DNA from: Candidatus Fraserbacteria bacterium
GTDB lineage: Bacteria > Bipolaricaulota > Bipolaricaulia > RBG-16-55-9 > JANLFV01
NCBI GenBank assembly: GCA_037446135.1
Contig: JBBIJD010000037.1
Span: 1 to 17,516, forward strand
Reading direction: 5' to 3'
DNA: 17,516 bases
Positions 15,893-17,516 of this stretch are shown one piece after another. A model generated the notes under the pieces. That model was given only the letters and a program-made list of their open reading frames with translations. It was not told the origin of the DNA and did no database searches. Positions within the stretch are counted from its first letter, which is position 1; each line of letters opens with the position of its first letter. A program made the position numbers and the translations under genes.

Positions 15893-16003
15893 CTAGCGCT
15901 TCCTCCAGGGGGCTCCGCTCTGCATCCCCCAAAAGAGGATTGCCACGCCGATGAAGAAGATGGCCAGTCCGACCGGAGAGCCCCACCCAAAGAGCTCTTT
16001 CAA
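15893..16003 (-). CDS. Small single-pass membrane protein, 36 aa (MKELFGWGSPVGLAIFFIGVAILFWGMQSGAPWRKR)
   Basis: Below the ORF-track cutoff. TTG start 8 nt after AGGAG (within GGAGGTGAGGAG), clean hydrophobic helix with basic C-terminus, stop 5 nt before the vanZ-like GTG. Confidence 0.68.
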   Translation of the reverse strand: MKELFGWGSPVGLAIFFIGVAILFWGMQSGAPWRKR

Positions 16004-16093
16004 CTCCGTATCTCCTCACCTCCCTAATCGTTAACCTTGATCATGACTTTATTCAAGCGATCAAGTCAAGTCGCGGGCCCGAGGTCAAGCTGG

Positions 16094-16421
16094 GGAGAGG
16101 GCCATAAGCCGGATTCTGTATTTAAGAGGGCCATCCATCTTCGCGGTCCACCCGGAGGCGAGAGGGCGGGCCACCCTCATCTTCCTCCCTACTCGACCTT
16201 GCTCCGGCCGGGGGGCTGCCAGCCCGGCCCGGTCGCCCGGTCCGGCGGTGGGCTCTTACCCCACCCTTTCACCCTTGCCTCTTGAGGGAGGCGGTCTAGT
16301 CTCTGTGGCCTGACCCGAGGGTCGCCCCTCCTGGGCTTTCGCCCAGCGGCCTGCCCTGCGGAGTCCGGACTTTCCTCGGGATGCAACCATGCGGAGCACC
16401 CGCGGCCCTCCGGCCCTCTCC
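16094..16421 (-). ncRNA. rnpB: RNase P RNA (bacterial type A-like, about 330 nt, no P18)
   Basis: P1 GGAGAGGGCC/GGCCCTCTCC, GAGGAAAGTCCGGACTCC, CACAGAGA, AGGGTGAAAGGGTGGGGTAAGAGCCCACC, GGAGCAAG, ACAGAATCCGGCTTA. Confidence 0.97.
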
Positions 16422-16427
16422 AGCCTT

Positions 16428-16436
16428 ATTATACCA
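16428..16436 (-). promoter_or_regulatory. Extended -10 promoter of rnpB
   Basis: TGGTATAAT 6 nt upstream of the P1 5' end; no recognisable -35. Confidence 0.65.
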
Positions 16437-16437
16437 C

Positions 16438-17148
16438 TCAATCGCGATAGAGTATCCGACGGCAGTTCTCGCAGATGGCCAGCTCCCGCCCCTCCTGGAC
16501 CCGCTCCAGGGTGTTCTGGGAGAGGCGCATCTTGCAGCCGGAGCAGGAGTCGCCCTCAACCTTGACGATGGGGTCCTCATAGCCGTAGTCACGTCGCAGT
16601 CGCTCATACTGCTCAACGAGATGGCGCTCGGCATCCCTTGCCAGCTCGGCCCGCCGCCGCGCGGCCCCCTCTAATTCGGCCTGACGGGCCGAGCTCTCCC
16701 GATCGATTTGCTCGATCTCCCCTCGGATGACTCCCTCCCATTCCTCGAGGGCTGCTGCCTCGCGAGCCAGTTCTTCCTCCTTCGCTTCGACCTCCCCCAT
16801 CAAGGCGATCGCCCCGTCTGCTAGTTCCTCCATCCGCCGCTTCGTCAGCTCGATCTTCTCCTTGAGCGCCTCCATCTCGCGGTAGCTCAGGATGCTCCCA
16901 TCGAGCTGCTGCTGATAGCTCTTGATCTGGTAGTCGAGGGAGTCGACCTCGTCGTTCCGGCGGCGGCTCTCCCGGCGGAGGCCCTCCAGCCCCTCCTTCA
17001 TCCTCGCCAGGGCTTGCCGGCGCTCAGCGATCTGCTGCTCCAGCTCAGCCCGCCGCGTCGCCAGCCGCCGGAGCCGCCCCTTTAGTTCCGCTATGGCCCG
17101 GTCCTGCTCCTGGACCCGGAGGAGGAGTCTCAGCCTCTCATGCATCAT
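16438..17148 (-). CDS. Coiled-coil protein with C-terminal C4 zinc ribbon (COG1579 / DUF164, CT398/HP0958-like)
   Basis: L.LL.VQEQD start, long coiled coil, YERLR, CSGCKMRL...LAICENCRRILY; SD GGGAG. Confidence 0.9.
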   Translation of the reverse strand: MMHERLRLLLRVQEQDRAIAELKGRLRRLATRRAELEQQIAERRQALARMKEGLEGLRRESRRRNDEVDSLDYQIKSYQQQLDGSILSYREMEALKEKIELTKRRMEELADGAIALMGEVEAKEEELAREAAALEEWEGVIRGEIEQIDRESSARQAELEGAARRRAELARDAERHLVEQYERLRRDYGYEDPIVKVEGDSCSGCKMRLSQNTLERVQEGRELAICENCRRILYRD

Positions 17149-17174
17149 CTCTCCCGATCACCCGCAAGAGAGTT

Positions 17175-17204
17175 ATTTTAGCGCGGCCTGCGCGCAAAGA
17201 TCAA
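17175..17204 (-). promoter_or_regulatory. Sigma70-type promoter of the Zn-ribbon gene
   Basis: TTGATC-18 bp-TAAAAT on the minus strand. Confidence 0.55.
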
Positions 17205-17217
17205 ACCCGCGCCGCGC

Positions 17218-17246
17218 TTGACGCGAGCAACGCTTGGTGTTAAGAT
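17218..17246 (+). promoter_or_regulatory. tRNA-Ala promoter
   Basis: TTGACG-17 bp-TAAGAT with extended TG and a GC-rich discriminator; 8 nt before the tRNA. Confidence 0.75.
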
Positions 17247-17254
17247 AGCCCCGC

Positions 17255-17327
17255 GGGGCCGTAGCTCAGTTGGGAGAGCGCCTGTATGGCATGCAGGAGG
17301 TCAGGGGTTCGACTCCCCTCGGCTCCA
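17255..17327 (+). tRNA. tRNA-Ala (GGC), CCA not encoded
   Basis: Acceptor GGGGCCG/CGGCTCC with G3-U70, discriminator A, D arm GCTCAGTTGGGAGAGC, anticodon loop ATGGCAT (A32-U38), T arm AGGGGTTCGACTCCCCT; followed by CTA. Confidence 0.97.
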
Positions 17328-17349
17328 CTACTCCCCTCCCCGGCCGGGC

Positions 17350-17378
17350 TTGACAACCCCTGCCTGGGGTGTTATACT
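17350..17378 (+). promoter_or_regulatory. rRNA operon promoter
   Basis: TTGACA-17 bp-TATACT with extended TG. Confidence 0.85.
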
Positions 17379-17403
17379 TGAAATTGCCCATAGGGGGTGG
17401 AGC

Positions 17404-17414
17404 GATCTTTGAAA
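17404..17414 (+). promoter_or_regulatory. boxA-like rRNA antitermination element
   Basis: GATCTTTGAAA in the 16S leader. Confidence 0.7.
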
Positions 17415-17450
17415 GGTGAAGAGCATAGCAGAAGGCACCATTTTGAGTTG

Positions 17451-17516
17451 AACCTAGAGAGTATGATCCCGGCTCAGGATGAACGCTAGCGGCGCGCCTA
17501 ACACATGCAAGTCGTG
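17451..17516 (+). rRNA. rrs: 16S rRNA 5' end (partial)
   Basis: AGAGTATGATCCCGGCTCAGGATGAACGCTAGCGGCGCGCCTAACACATGCAAGTCG, a bacterial 16S start; the 5' coordinate is approximate. Confidence 0.96.

Noticed and set aside
16037..16674. Short ORFs over the rnpB region
   Set aside because: They overlap the RNase P RNA or the Zn-ribbon gene and have no coding signature.
17218..17412. 64-aa ORF
   Set aside because: It starts at a -35 box and spans tRNA-Ala and the rRNA promoter.

Overview
GC-rich bacterial chromosomal window with no mobile element or CRISPR array; the 16S 5' end, tmRNA, bacterial-type RNase P RNA and sigma70-type promoters show it is bacterial. A deep-branching lineage such as Ca. 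Bipolaricaulota/Acetothermia is a tentative guess from memory. Left to right: a minus-strand hpf / PP-loop tRNA-thiolase-like / pcrA(uvrD, truncated by the window edge) operon; a divergent RimI/Ard1-like acetyltransferase; a peptide ABC transporter (SBP plus 2 permeases, no ATPases); a complete mre11-rad50-nurA-herA DNA end-resection operon that looks euryarchaeal but sits behind a bacterial sigma70 promoter; an exported SpoIVB/S55-family peptidase; then a dense stable-RNA cluster (tmRNA, VanZ-like gene, an unlisted 36-aa membrane sORF, RNase P RNA, COG1579 Zn-ribbon gene, tRNA-Ala(GGC), start of 16S rRNA). Highlights: the archaeal-type resection operon in a bacterium; a tmRNA tag ending -VPSYN instead of -AA; an RNase P RNA lacking P18; a degenerate PP-loop enzyme that keeps its cysteines; probable leaderless mRNAs; and two substitutions in the 16S 27F site. 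Family assignments come from motif recognition by eye, not database searches.
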